Shown here piece by piece: positions 27,048 through 35,194 of a stretch of 64,000 nucleotides of DNA. Location: positions 1,090,428-1,154,427 of the forward strand of contig JAZKGA010000001.1 in NCBI GenBank assembly GCA_040386235.1, in the 5' to 3' direction. This DNA comes from Pseudomonadota bacterium. Lineage in GTDB: Bacteria > Pseudomonadota > Alphaproteobacteria > Micavibrionales > Micavibrionaceae. The notes under the pieces were generated by a model. That model was not told where the DNA came from and did not search any database. It was given only the letters and a program-made list of their open reading frames with translations. The stretch's first letter is position 1; each line of letters starts with the position of its first letter. The position numbers and the translations under genes are program-made.

Positions 27048-28143
27048 TGTTGGAAGGGGCCGTGTTTGGGGGTGTTGTGGGTGTGACGGGTGTTGCGATA
27101 CTGGGGGACGTAACAGGGGCTGCGGCTTCTTTGACAAAAGCGCTGAGGGGCGTGATTGCAATCTTTTGCGTTTTGACCATATCCCCCAAAACATTGACGG
27201 ACAGGCGCGACAGGGGCAGCGTTACAACACGCGTACCACTTTTCTGGTTGCTAAGGATATAGGCGGTCAACGCTTCTGGCGTTGTATCTGACGGCGCTGT
27301 CACAGGGGGCAGGGCGGCCACAGCCAGGCCGCGTTCCCCTGCAATGGCGTTCGCCGCCTGATCAGGCAATGATGCGGGGATCAGCAGGCCGACATAATCA
27401 CGCCCGCGCCCCATGGCGTTTAGAAACTGGGTCTGCATCGCGGGATTGGCTGCGCCAGGATCAATGGCATACGGGCCGGCATCCTGTAACGCCGTGCTGT
27501 CAGCAATCGGCGCATCCAGCCAGATTTCGTGGCCTTTGCTGCGCGCATTGTCCAGAACGGCAATCATATCATTGCCGATATAAGGTGTTAGGCCCAGGGT
27601 GACGCCGGGGGGCAGTGCATCAATGGCCGCGCGCGACTGGGTGGTGGACAGGCCGAAACCGGTTAAGATGACTGCCATTTGCGGTACGTTGGCGGGCGCG
27701 GCAATCGCGGCTGCTTTAAACGTGCTATATGCCGTAACACCATCCCCACGTCGCATGGGCAAAGGGCCATGTTCCGTTTGCGTATATATCTCGCTGCTGA
27801 CAGCCGCAACTGGATCGGCCACAGGCACCGCCGCATGTGCTGGCGCAGGCGCAACAGCATCAACAGGTTTTTCTGCGCTATGTGTTGGCAAAACAGCTTT
27901 GGCCGCCGTGCGGGCAGACTGCGTCGTCTTGGCCTGGGATGCCGCATGGCTGTCCGGTGTGGTGACTGAGAAGACGAAGGCGCTGTCGCCAGACAACACG
28001 GCACGTTCGGCGCGGATATTGATGACATAAACACCGATTAACAACGCCGTGACAACAATCAACGCCGCCAGAACACTGCCAGCCATACGCATATCAGGGT
28101 GCATATGGACTGGGATTGTGTCAAAGGGGCGTTTGATATCCAT
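27019..28143 (-). CDS. Divergent polysaccharide deacetylase-family protein (YibQ-like)
   Basis: N-terminal TM helix, then a C-terminal domain 'MAVILTGFGLS...LTPYIGND...GHEIWLDAPI'. Its position after ctpA is typical for this family in Alphaproteobacteria. It has a Pro/Thr-rich tail. Confidence 0.6.
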   Translation of the reverse strand: MDIKRPFDTIPVHMHPDMRMAGSVLAALIVVTALLIGVYVINIRAERAVLSGDSAFVFSVTTPDSHAASQAKTTQSARTAAKAVLPTHSAEKPVDAVAPAPAHAAVPVADPVAAVSSEIYTQTEHGPLPMRRGDGVTAYSTFKAAAIAAPANVPQMAVILTGFGLSTTQSRAAIDALPPGVTLGLTPYIGNDMIAVLDNARSKGHEIWLDAPIADSTALQDAGPYAIDPGAANPAMQTQFLNAMGRGRDYVGLLIPASLPDQAANAIAGERGLAVAALPPVTAPSDTTPEALTAYILSNQKSGTRVVTLPLSRLSVNVLGDMVKTQKIAITPLSAFVKEAAAPVTSPSIATPVTPTTPPNTAPSNNDLAPAHAP

Positions 28144-28147
28144 GACG

Positions 28148-29656
28148 TTATTTTTTCTTTGTCGTTGCAGGTGCGGATTGAGGTTCTAAGGCCGCTGCTG
28201 CGCGTTCTTCTTTGCTTAGGCTGTCTTTAACCGCCACCTCAGGCTTCTTATCCCATGCACCGGTGATGGCCAGGCCACGCAACAGATCAACCGCCCGCTG
28301 TAATTGCAGGTCAGATTTACTGGCTTCTTCACCGATTTGCTTGGATTTTTCTTTCTCCAGCTTCTCTTCCTGTTTTTTACGCACCCATGGCAAAATTGAT
28401 GGCTTTTCTTCCTCAATCTTGTTCACTTCCGGCTCTTTATCCGTATTGATCAGGGCATGTGCCAGGTCGGCTTCCTTGATATTGCCTTTATCTTCGACCG
28501 TTTCAATGCGGCCTTCGACAACTTCGATATCTGGAACGATCCCTTTACCCTGGATTGAGCGCCCTGACGGCGTGTAATACCGCGCGGTGGTCAGGCGGAT
28601 TGCGCCATTGCCCTGAACCGGGATAACGGTTTGAACCGACCCCTTACCAAAGGAAGTGGTGCCCAGCACGATTGCGCGTTTGTGATCTTGCAACGCCCCT
28701 GCGACAATTTCGGACGCCGAAGCGGACCCGCCATTGATCAAAACGATCACCGGCAAGCCGTTGGTCAGATCACCAGGTGTCGCGTTGTCACGCTTGGTGT
28801 CTTCTGCCTTACGGCCACGGGTTGAAACAATCTCGCCGCGTTCCAGGAACATATCAGCGACCGAGATCGCCTGATCCAGCAACCCACCAGGGTTATTCCG
28901 CAGGTCCAGCACATAGCCGATCAGGTTATCGCCTTTTTGTTTTTGAATATCCGCAATTGCGTCTTCCAGTTCGGCATCGGTGTATTGGTTAAAGGTCGTG
29001 ACACGGATGTAACCGACATCCTTGCTGGCCCCTTCAATGTTGTGTTTAACCGGACGAATGCGGATCACATCGCGTTTCAGGGTCAGTTCAATCGGATCGT
29101 TCACCCCTTCGCGGCGTACGGTGATTTCAATGGGCGCGCCAACGCGGCCGCGCATTTTCTCAACCGCTTCGGACAGTGTCAGTCCGATAACAGGCTTGCC
29201 ATCCAGATGCGTGATATAATCGCCAGCCTTAATGCCCGCGCGATAGGCAGGGGTGTCGTCAATAGGCGACACAACCTTCACCAGGCCATCTTCCATTGTG
29301 ACTTCGATTCCCAGGCCGCCGAATTCGCCGCTGGTCTGAATCTTCATGTCTTTAAAATCTGTTTCCGTCAGGTAGGAGGAGTGGGCATCCAACGACACCA
29401 GCATTCCGTTTACCGCCGCTTCGATCAATTCCTTGTCTGTGACATCTTCGACATATTGACCCCGCACCCGTTCAAAAATATCGCCGAACAAGTCCAGTTG
29501 GCGATAAATCTCATTCGGGTCTTCGACCTTTTTGGCGGGAGAGGCAGTCTCAACCGCATCTTCGGCTTTGGTGCCCCCCTTATCCTGGGCCCAGGCAGGC
29601 GCAAATGCCAAAGCGATCAAGACAGAAACAAGGGAAAAGCGGGAAAGAAATGTCAT
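28148..29656 (-). CDS. ctpA: Carboxy-terminal processing peptidase (S41)
   Basis: PDZ segment 'GIKAGDYITHLDGKPV' and S41 core 'LDLRNNPGGLL...VLINGGSASASEIVAGALQD...GTTSFGKGSVQ'. Confidence 0.93.
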   Translation of the reverse strand: MTFLSRFSLVSVLIALAFAPAWAQDKGGTKAEDAVETASPAKKVEDPNEIYRQLDLFGDIFERVRGQYVEDVTDKELIEAAVNGMLVSLDAHSSYLTETDFKDMKIQTSGEFGGLGIEVTMEDGLVKVVSPIDDTPAYRAGIKAGDYITHLDGKPVIGLTLSEAVEKMRGRVGAPIEITVRREGVNDPIELTLKRDVIRIRPVKHNIEGASKDVGYIRVTTFNQYTDAELEDAIADIQKQKGDNLIGYVLDLRNNPGGLLDQAISVADMFLERGEIVSTRGRKAEDTKRDNATPGDLTNGLPVIVLINGGSASASEIVAGALQDHKRAIVLGTTSFGKGSVQTVIPVQGNGAIRLTTARYYTPSGRSIQGKGIVPDIEVVEGRIETVEDKGNIKEADLAHALINTDKEPEVNKIEEEKPSILPWVRKKQEEKLEKEKSKQIGEEASKSDLQLQRAVDLLRGLAITGAWDKKPEVAVKDSLSKEERAAAALEPQSAPATTKKK

Positions 29657-29695
29657 AGAAATATACCAGCCGGGTTTGAGTGTTATTTGGTGTTA

Positions 29696-30946
29696 TTAAT
29701 ACAGACGTTGCATGTGAGTGGCAGGATCAACAGCTTCCCCATTATGGCGTATTTCAAAATACGCCGTGGGGGTTGAGCTGCTGGTCGAAAGGGTCCCTAA
29801 CGGTTCCCCTGCCACCACATGACTGCCGACCACTGTAGCAATTTTATCCAGTCCTGCAACTAGGCTATGATAGCCATTTTTATGTTCGATCAAAACAATC
29901 TTGCCGTAATTTTGGAATGCGCCTGTATAACGGACTGTTCCCTTGGCGGGCGTGGTCACTGTGCCACCCGGTACGCCCTTTATATGCATGCCTTGGGCCG
30001 GTGCGCCCAGCGTGTCGTTTTCCCCATAGGCTATGGCGATTTTACCCGTCACAGGCAAACGGCCTTTATAGGCCGATCGGCTGCTGCGTCCTGGTGAAAG
30101 ATTTTGTAACGCGGCCGACGCCATTTGCCGCAAGCCAGGGCCAGCGTCTTCTGCTTGTGCGATCTGCTGTTTTGCACGGTCTTTTAAGGCTTGTTGCTGC
30201 GCAACGCGCAGGCGTCGATTTTTCTCCTCAAGCTTTGCGATCAGATCTTTTAAATCCTTGGCCTTACTGGACAATGTGGCGACGGAGTCCGCCTGGACCG
30301 TGTACGCCTGTTCCATCTGCGCCCGCTGCTTGTCACGTTCTTTCAACAGCAGGGTCATTGTTTGCCGCTGCTCGGTCAATGACTGGGTCGCCATGACCAG
30401 TTTCGCCTGTTCCTGTCGCAGCGCATCCTGATTCTCGGCGAGGGTTTTCAGTCGGTCCTGCAAACCCGCAGCTTTTTGATGCAAATGCGGCATAACGGCA
30501 TGCAGGGCGGTCAAGCCAAGCATTACCTCACGCGTTTGATTGGGATTGGCCATCCAAACCGCATCAGGTGCCAGGCGCATTTGCAGATACCCATTAACGG
30601 CTTGTTGCAGGAACAGCCGATCTTTATGCAGGTCTTGCATAACCTGCACTTGTTCGCGTGACAGCTTGTCCACATTCTGACGCAGGCGCAGGGCGTCTTT
30701 CTCGCGGTCCTGGACACGACCGGCAATGTCACTCAGGTGATTCTGCAGCTTTTCCGCGTCCTTCGACTCTTGTGCCATTTTATCGGCCAGTGCTTTTTGC
30801 TTTTTCGTTTCGGCGGCCAATTGGCTGTCGATCTCGTTCAGGCTGGTTTTCTTTGGCGGTGGAATGGGCGGATTGGCGGTGGCGTGAGGCGACAAACCTG
30901 TCATCATCAGGGCCAGCAAGGCAAAAAGAAGAGTGTATCTAGCCAT
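29696..30946 (-). CDS. EnvC-like murein hydrolase activator (coiled coil plus degenerate M23/LytM domain)
   Basis: Signal peptide from the ATG at 30946, a long coiled coil, and a C-terminal 'GMHIKGVPGGTVTTPAKGTVRYTG...KIVLIEHKNGYHSLVAGL' in which the final HxH-type position looks degenerate. Confidence 0.75.
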   Translation of the reverse strand: MARYTLLFALLALMMTGLSPHATANPPIPPPKKTSLNEIDSQLAAETKKQKALADKMAQESKDAEKLQNHLSDIAGRVQDREKDALRLRQNVDKLSREQVQVMQDLHKDRLFLQQAVNGYLQMRLAPDAVWMANPNQTREVMLGLTALHAVMPHLHQKAAGLQDRLKTLAENQDALRQEQAKLVMATQSLTEQRQTMTLLLKERDKQRAQMEQAYTVQADSVATLSSKAKDLKDLIAKLEEKNRRLRVAQQQALKDRAKQQIAQAEDAGPGLRQMASAALQNLSPGRSSRSAYKGRLPVTGKIAIAYGENDTLGAPAQGMHIKGVPGGTVTTPAKGTVRYTGAFQNYGKIVLIEHKNGYHSLVAGLDKIATVVGSHVVAGEPLGTLSTSSSTPTAYFEIRHNGEAVDPATHMQRLY

Positions 30947-31397
30947 CGCGATGATAAGGGTGGTTTGCCAGGATTTGTTGAGATCGGTATAATTGCTCAA
31001 CCACCATAACGCGAACAAGCTGGTGTGGCCATGTCATTCGTCCGAAACTTAACAATAAATTTGCTTCACGCCGCAATGGGTCCAGCAATCCGTCCGCGCC
31101 GCCAATCGCGATTTGTAAGTGCGGTGTGCCATTTTGTTGCAATGTAGAAATGCGGCCAGCCATTTCAGAGGAGCTAAGGGACTGCCCCCGTTCATCTAAA
31201 ACCCAGAAAGTCGCGTGTGCTGTACGCCATTCGCGAATCCGCCGGTCTTCGTCGATCTGACGCAGGCTGGCGTCTGTTTTCTTACTTTCGTACTCGTGAA
31301 CGGCAATCGGCCAGGCCATGCGGCGCAAATAATCCTGAACCAGTTCCTGTTGCGGGCCCTGTTTCAGCCGGCCCATGCACAGGATATCGACCTTCAT
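30939..31397 (-). CDS. rlmH: 23S rRNA (pseudouridine1915-N3)-methyltransferase RlmH
   Basis: 152 aa with 'LDERGQSLSS...IAIGGADGL...LSFGRMTWPHQLVRVMVVEQLYR'. Confidence 0.9.
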   Translation of the reverse strand: MKVDILCMGRLKQGPQQELVQDYLRRMAWPIAVHEYESKKTDASLRQIDEDRRIREWRTAHATFWVLDERGQSLSSSEMAGRISTLQQNGTPHLQIAIGGADGLLDPLRREANLLLSFGRMTWPHQLVRVMVVEQLYRSQQILANHPYHRDG

Positions 31398-31864
31398 CAG
31401 TGATGATGTTCGGTATTGGCCGTTACGGTCAAATGAGGCGTGTTGGGGCCAGCACTGTTACGGTCGCGCCACATGCGTTCAATGTTGTAAAATGTCCGGA
31501 CTTCGGGGCGGAACAGATGCACGATGATATCGCCCAGATCCACGACAATCCAATCGCCCGTTTGGCCGCCTTCCATGCGGACCAGCGTATGGCCGGATTC
31601 AAGGCATTGTTCGCGTATCTTGTCAGCCATCGACATGACCTGGCGGGATGAGCGTCCAGTGCTGACGATCATGTAATCGGTAATATAATCTTCGGCTTGC
31701 AGATCAATAATCTCAGTCTCTTCACCCTTCATGTCGTCGATGGTGGCAAGGACCAGAGATTTGAGTGTTTCAGTGGGAATTGTTTTGTATGCGGGTGCAG
31801 CCGTGGCAACGGCTTGGATCGTTTTAGGGGTCAAGTGGGTAACATCTCCTTTTCTTATATTCAT
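31397..31864 (-). CDS. rsfS: Ribosome silencing factor RsfS
   Basis: 'ITDYMIVSTGRSSRQVMSMADKI...GDWIVVDLGDIIVHLFRPEVRTFYNIERMW'. Confidence 0.9.
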   Translation of the reverse strand: MNIRKGDVTHLTPKTIQAVATAAPAYKTIPTETLKSLVLATIDDMKGEETEIIDLQAEDYITDYMIVSTGRSSRQVMSMADKIREQCLESGHTLVRMEGGQTGDWIVVDLGDIIVHLFRPEVRTFYNIERMWRDRNSAGPNTPHLTVTANTEHHH

Positions 31865-31870
31865 TGTATC

Positions 31871-32518
31871 TTACTCCGCCCCGTCGATGCAATCCCGCTG
31901 ACGTGACCTGTCACGCGCGCGTATTTGGGTCGAGCTGATGTCATGCAGCGGCGTTCGGCGGATCCAGGATATGCCGGGTGTCAGGGGGACACAGCCAGGG
32001 GTGTTTAAATGAGTGTGGGGCAGGGTATTCAGGCGGCCAACAGCCTGACGCGTAACCAGTTGCTGAGCCGGTGGTCGCGCAATGATGGCCAGCGGCATGA
32101 TGTTCAGTAAATGGCGCCAGCGACACCAGCGACGCAATTGTGCCGCCAGGTCAAACCCACCGATAAAAATGAAGTCAGTTCGGGGATAGCGCCGCTTCAG
32201 ACCATCGGCCAGTGCTGCGGTGCTGGTCGTCCCAAGCCGTTTCTCGATATCAGTCACGATAATGCGTGGATGGTGCACAAATTTCTGGGATTGCGCCAGC
32301 CGATCCGGAAAAGTATGGCGGTCATGCGGTTTCAGGGAATGGCCAGGACTGACACACCACCAGATAGCATCCAGTTTCAGCCAGCGCAGGGCGCAGGTGG
32401 CCAGGAACACATGGCCGTAATGCGGAGGATTAAAAGTACCGCCAAGCAACCCAATTCGTCGTCCGGACCAACGGGCAGAGTCGTATAAATTGGGCGGGGT
32501 GAAAAGAGGACGGGTCAA
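31871..32518 (-). CDS. nadD: Nicotinate-nucleotide adenylyltransferase NadD
   Basis: 'GLLGGTFNPPHYGH' and 'ISSTQIR'. The only start upstream of the motif is the TTG at 32518, which forms a TTGA overlap with the atpF stop. Confidence 0.85.
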   Translation of the reverse strand: MTRPLFTPPNLYDSARWSGRRIGLLGGTFNPPHYGHVFLATCALRWLKLDAIWWCVSPGHSLKPHDRHTFPDRLAQSQKFVHHPRIIVTDIEKRLGTTSTAALADGLKRRYPRTDFIFIGGFDLAAQLRRWCRWRHLLNIMPLAIIARPPAQQLVTRQAVGRLNTLPHTHLNTPGCVPLTPGISWIRRTPLHDISSTQIRARDRSRQRDCIDGAE

Positions 32519-33144
32519 GCCGCCCGTGCCTTCGCCTTTTTCACGGTGTCAGGCAGGGAATCAATGGTGGCTTTCACCAGCTGTGCATGGGTCTTTTCAG
32601 TGACCGCCTGGGCCACGACCTGCTCAGCAGACTGCATAACCAGTGTTGCGGCATAAGACTGAAGATCGGATTTTGCATCTTCCTGCATCCGTTGCAGGCG
32701 TGTGGCCAACTGGCTTTCCCGGCGGGCGATATCAGCATCCAGATCACTGGCGGCTTTGCTGATAAGGGCGGCGGCATCTTCCTTGGCTTGTTTCAGGATG
32801 CGGCTGACGTCGTTGCCAGCCTGTTGTTCGCGCTGGCGTGCGTCTTGCAGCAATTGCGTGGCTTCCAGCCGGGCCTGTTCGGCGGCGGCCAGTTCATCAC
32901 GAATGCGGGCGATTTTGTCATCCAGCGCGGTTGTCACAGACGTGCGGCCAAATTTATAGGCCATCAAACAGAAGATGATAAAGGATATCAGGACATAGAA
33001 CGTCGCATCCCCCAAAGGGCCAGTGTGCCCATGCGCATCCGCGTGAGCGTCAGCGCCCGTGTGCGATGTTTCTTGCAGCGTTTCAATGGCCGGGGTGGTG
33101 GCCGGAATTGTATCTTGTGGCAGCGGCGATGCAGTTTCGTCCAT
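32515..33144 (-). CDS. atpF: F0F1 ATP synthase subunit b
   Basis: One TM helix followed by a long Ala/Glu/Gln-rich helix. It is the last gene of the F0 cluster. Confidence 0.8.
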   Translation of the reverse strand: MDETASPLPQDTIPATTPAIETLQETSHTGADAHADAHGHTGPLGDATFYVLISFIIFCLMAYKFGRTSVTTALDDKIARIRDELAAAEQARLEATQLLQDARQREQQAGNDVSRILKQAKEDAAALISKAASDLDADIARRESQLATRLQRMQEDAKSDLQSYAATLVMQSAEQVVAQAVTEKTHAQLVKATIDSLPDTVKKAKARAA

Positions 33145-33734
33145 TATGCGGCCTCAGGCTTTTCTTGCAGCAGTGTCTGCACATCATTGGCCGCCAGTTT
33201 GATGCCGGCGGTTTTACCAAGAACGTCAACAACCAGGCCAGCGACGTCTTGCGTCATGTCCGACTGTGCTTTCTTGGCTGTTTTGTCGATTGTTCTTTGC
33301 AGGGCCAGGATATCGGCTTCGGCTTTGTCGCGGAACGACTGATACCGTTGTGCCGTTGTGGCTTCTATTTCTTTGCCAGCCGCAGCGATAATTGCGATCG
33401 CTTCGTTTTGGGCTTGTTGCGCGCTTTTCTGCGCGGCGTCTTGTGCCGTGGCGGCTTGCTGGGCCATTGCTTCTGCTTGTTGCAGGTCGCTTTCCAGCTT
33501 TTGCCTGCGGGCCGTCATTGTCGCACTTATGCGCGGCAGGATCAGCCCGGCGAACACGACGAACATAATGGCAAAGGTGATGACCAGCCAGAAAACCTGG
33601 CTGGCATACCATGTCGGGTCAAATTGTGGCAGCCCACCACTCTCCGCATTCGCAGGGGCAGGCAGAACAAAGCTGCCAGCAACAAACAAAGATAAAGCGC
33701 GGTGGGACAATGTCACGGTGATAGCCTTATGCAA
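33144..33734 (-). CDS. F0F1 ATP synthase subunit b'
   Basis: 'GGLPQFDPTWYASQVFWLVITFAIMFVVF' is the typical b' N-terminus of Alphaproteobacteria, followed by a long helix. Confidence 0.8.
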   Translation of the reverse strand: MHKAITVTLSHRALSLFVAGSFVLPAPANAESGGLPQFDPTWYASQVFWLVITFAIMFVVFAGLILPRISATMTARRQKLESDLQQAEAMAQQAATAQDAAQKSAQQAQNEAIAIIAAAGKEIEATTAQRYQSFRDKAEADILALQRTIDKTAKKAQSDMTQDVAGLVVDVLGKTAGIKLAANDVQTLLQEKPEAA

Positions 33735-33951
33735 ACACCAGGTACAACGCGATAACCAGGGCGAAAATCGCCAAAGCTTCGGTCAGGGCGAAGGTCAAAA
33801 AGAACTTCTTGTCCAGCAATTCAGCGGCGCCAGGGTTGCGGCCAATCGCTTCGTTGTAGGATGAGAAGATCATGCCAAGGCCAATACCAACGCCAAACAA
33901 TGGCAGAAGGGCAATCGCACCAGCGAGAAGTTTTACAGCTTCGAGTTCCAT
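33727..33951 (-). CDS. atpE: F0F1 ATP synthase subunit c
   Basis: A 74-aa hairpin proteolipid, 'GLGMIFSSYNEAIGRNPGAA...FALTEALAIFALV'. Confidence 0.93.
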   Translation of the reverse strand: MELEAVKLLAGAIALLPLFGVGIGLGMIFSSYNEAIGRNPGAAELLDKKFFLTFALTEALAIFALVIALYLVFA

Positions 33952-34036
33952 GTTAAGTTCCCTTTATTCAATTCATTTATGGGTTAATCCCGCCCGTCTC
34001 CCCACCATAGGGCGACAAGCGAACCTGTTTTCTTCC

Positions 34037-34783
34037 TTAATGGTCCAGATGCACGGTATCTTTCAGATAAATGCAGCTAAGGACAGCAAACACATAGGCT
34101 TGCAGGAAGGCAATCAAAAATTCAAAACCGATTAACACACTGTTGAACAGCAGGGGCACAATCGCCGCCACACCGGTAAATCCACCCAGCGCGATAAAGG
34201 TGACGCAAAAACCTGAAAACACTTTCAGCATGACGTGGCCGGCCATCATGTTGGCGAACAAACGAACCGCAAGCGTGACTGGACGGATAAAAAAGGAAAT
34301 CAGTTCAATCGCCAGGATCAGAGGAGTCAGCCACAGCGGTACGCCCGGCGGCAAAAAGATGCTTAAGAAATGCAGACCATGGCGGGCGAAACCAAACGCC
34401 AGGACACAGGCAAAGACCATCAGGCCCAGCGTCAATGTCACGCTTAAATGCGATGTATAGGTGAATGAATAGGGGATCATGCCCAGGGCGTTACCCAGGA
34501 ACACGACCACGAATAAGGTAAAGATAAACGGGAAGTATTTCTCGCCGCCCGAACCGATATTGTCCCGCACCATTGTGTGGACGAATCCGTACACGCCTTC
34601 GCATGCGGCCTGAAGACGGCCTGGAACCATAAGCTGGCGACGGCTGCCCGCCCACAAAAGCAATGACGATGCAACAACGCCAATCACCATCCACAAAGCG
34701 GAGTTGGTGAAAGACACGTCAAGACCCGCGAGATTCAAGGGAATCAGCGGCTTAATCTCAAACTGGGCAATCGGGTTGGCCAT
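34037..34783 (-). CDS. atpB: F0F1 ATP synthase subunit a
   Basis: 'LAVRLFANMMAGHVMLKVF' contains the conserved Arg helix. Confidence 0.93.
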   Translation of the reverse strand: MANPIAQFEIKPLIPLNLAGLDVSFTNSALWMVIGVVASSLLLWAGSRRQLMVPGRLQAACEGVYGFVHTMVRDNIGSGGEKYFPFIFTLFVVVFLGNALGMIPYSFTYTSHLSVTLTLGLMVFACVLAFGFARHGLHFLSIFLPPGVPLWLTPLILAIELISFFIRPVTLAVRLFANMMAGHVMLKVFSGFCVTFIALGGFTGVAAIVPLLFNSVLIGFEFLIAFLQAYVFAVLSCIYLKDTVHLDH

Positions 34784-34867
34784 GATGAATGGTCACTTTC
34801 GATGTGGTCTGGTCAGGTGTTACAAAAAACAATCGTTTACGGTGCTGCTTTTAGCGTTTTTCAAGCC

Positions 34868-35194
34868 TTATTGCAAGGGCGATGATGCGCCTGGCAATGT
34901 TAATTTATACAGGTTCCAGAATGCGATGATAACACCCACTAAAACGCCGGCAATCATCCCGATCGGCGCACTGTCCAGCCATGTGTCGATCAACCAGCCG
35001 AACAAGCCACCGCCCAGCATGGACCCAACGAATTCCGTACCGGCACGAATGCCGATCTGCAAATTATTGGCCTGGTCCGTCGGGCCGGTTTCAGGGATGG
35101 GGCGTGTGTCATCCTCCAGGCCCGCTTGGTGCTTCTGGACCGCGATTCGGTCCTGCAAAGCCTTAATCGTGGCGTCTTTGTCTTCAGGCTGCAT
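34868..35194 (-). CDS. atpI: AtpZ/AtpI-family protein
   Basis: A 108-aa protein with two C-terminal TM helices, directly upstream of atpB. Confidence 0.7.
   Translation of the reverse strand: MQPEDKDATIKALQDRIAVQKHQAGLEDDTRPIPETGPTDQANNLQIGIRAGTEFVGSMLGGGLFGWLIDTWLDSAPIGMIAGVLVGVIIAFWNLYKLTLPGASSPLQ

Noticed and set aside
27048-27194. Longer RppH ORF with a Pro/Gln/His-rich N-terminus
   Set aside because: That segment overlaps the Pro/Thr-rich C-terminal tail of the upstream YibQ-like gene in another frame. The NUDIX protein has a normal length from the ATG at 27047.
28937-29776. 279-aa plus-strand ORF antisense to ctpA. Similar long antisense ORFs are 9121..9720 (-) over popZ, 20167..20724 (-) over yebC/ruvC, 23038..23598 (-) over tolQ, 32587..33342 (+) over atpF, 39769..40362 (+) over the OmpA-like gene and 58099..58788 (-) over the PBP5 gene.
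   Set aside because: Each lies opposite a gene with unmistakable family motifs. The translations are low-complexity (Arg/Gly/Ala/His-rich), which is typical of shadow frames.
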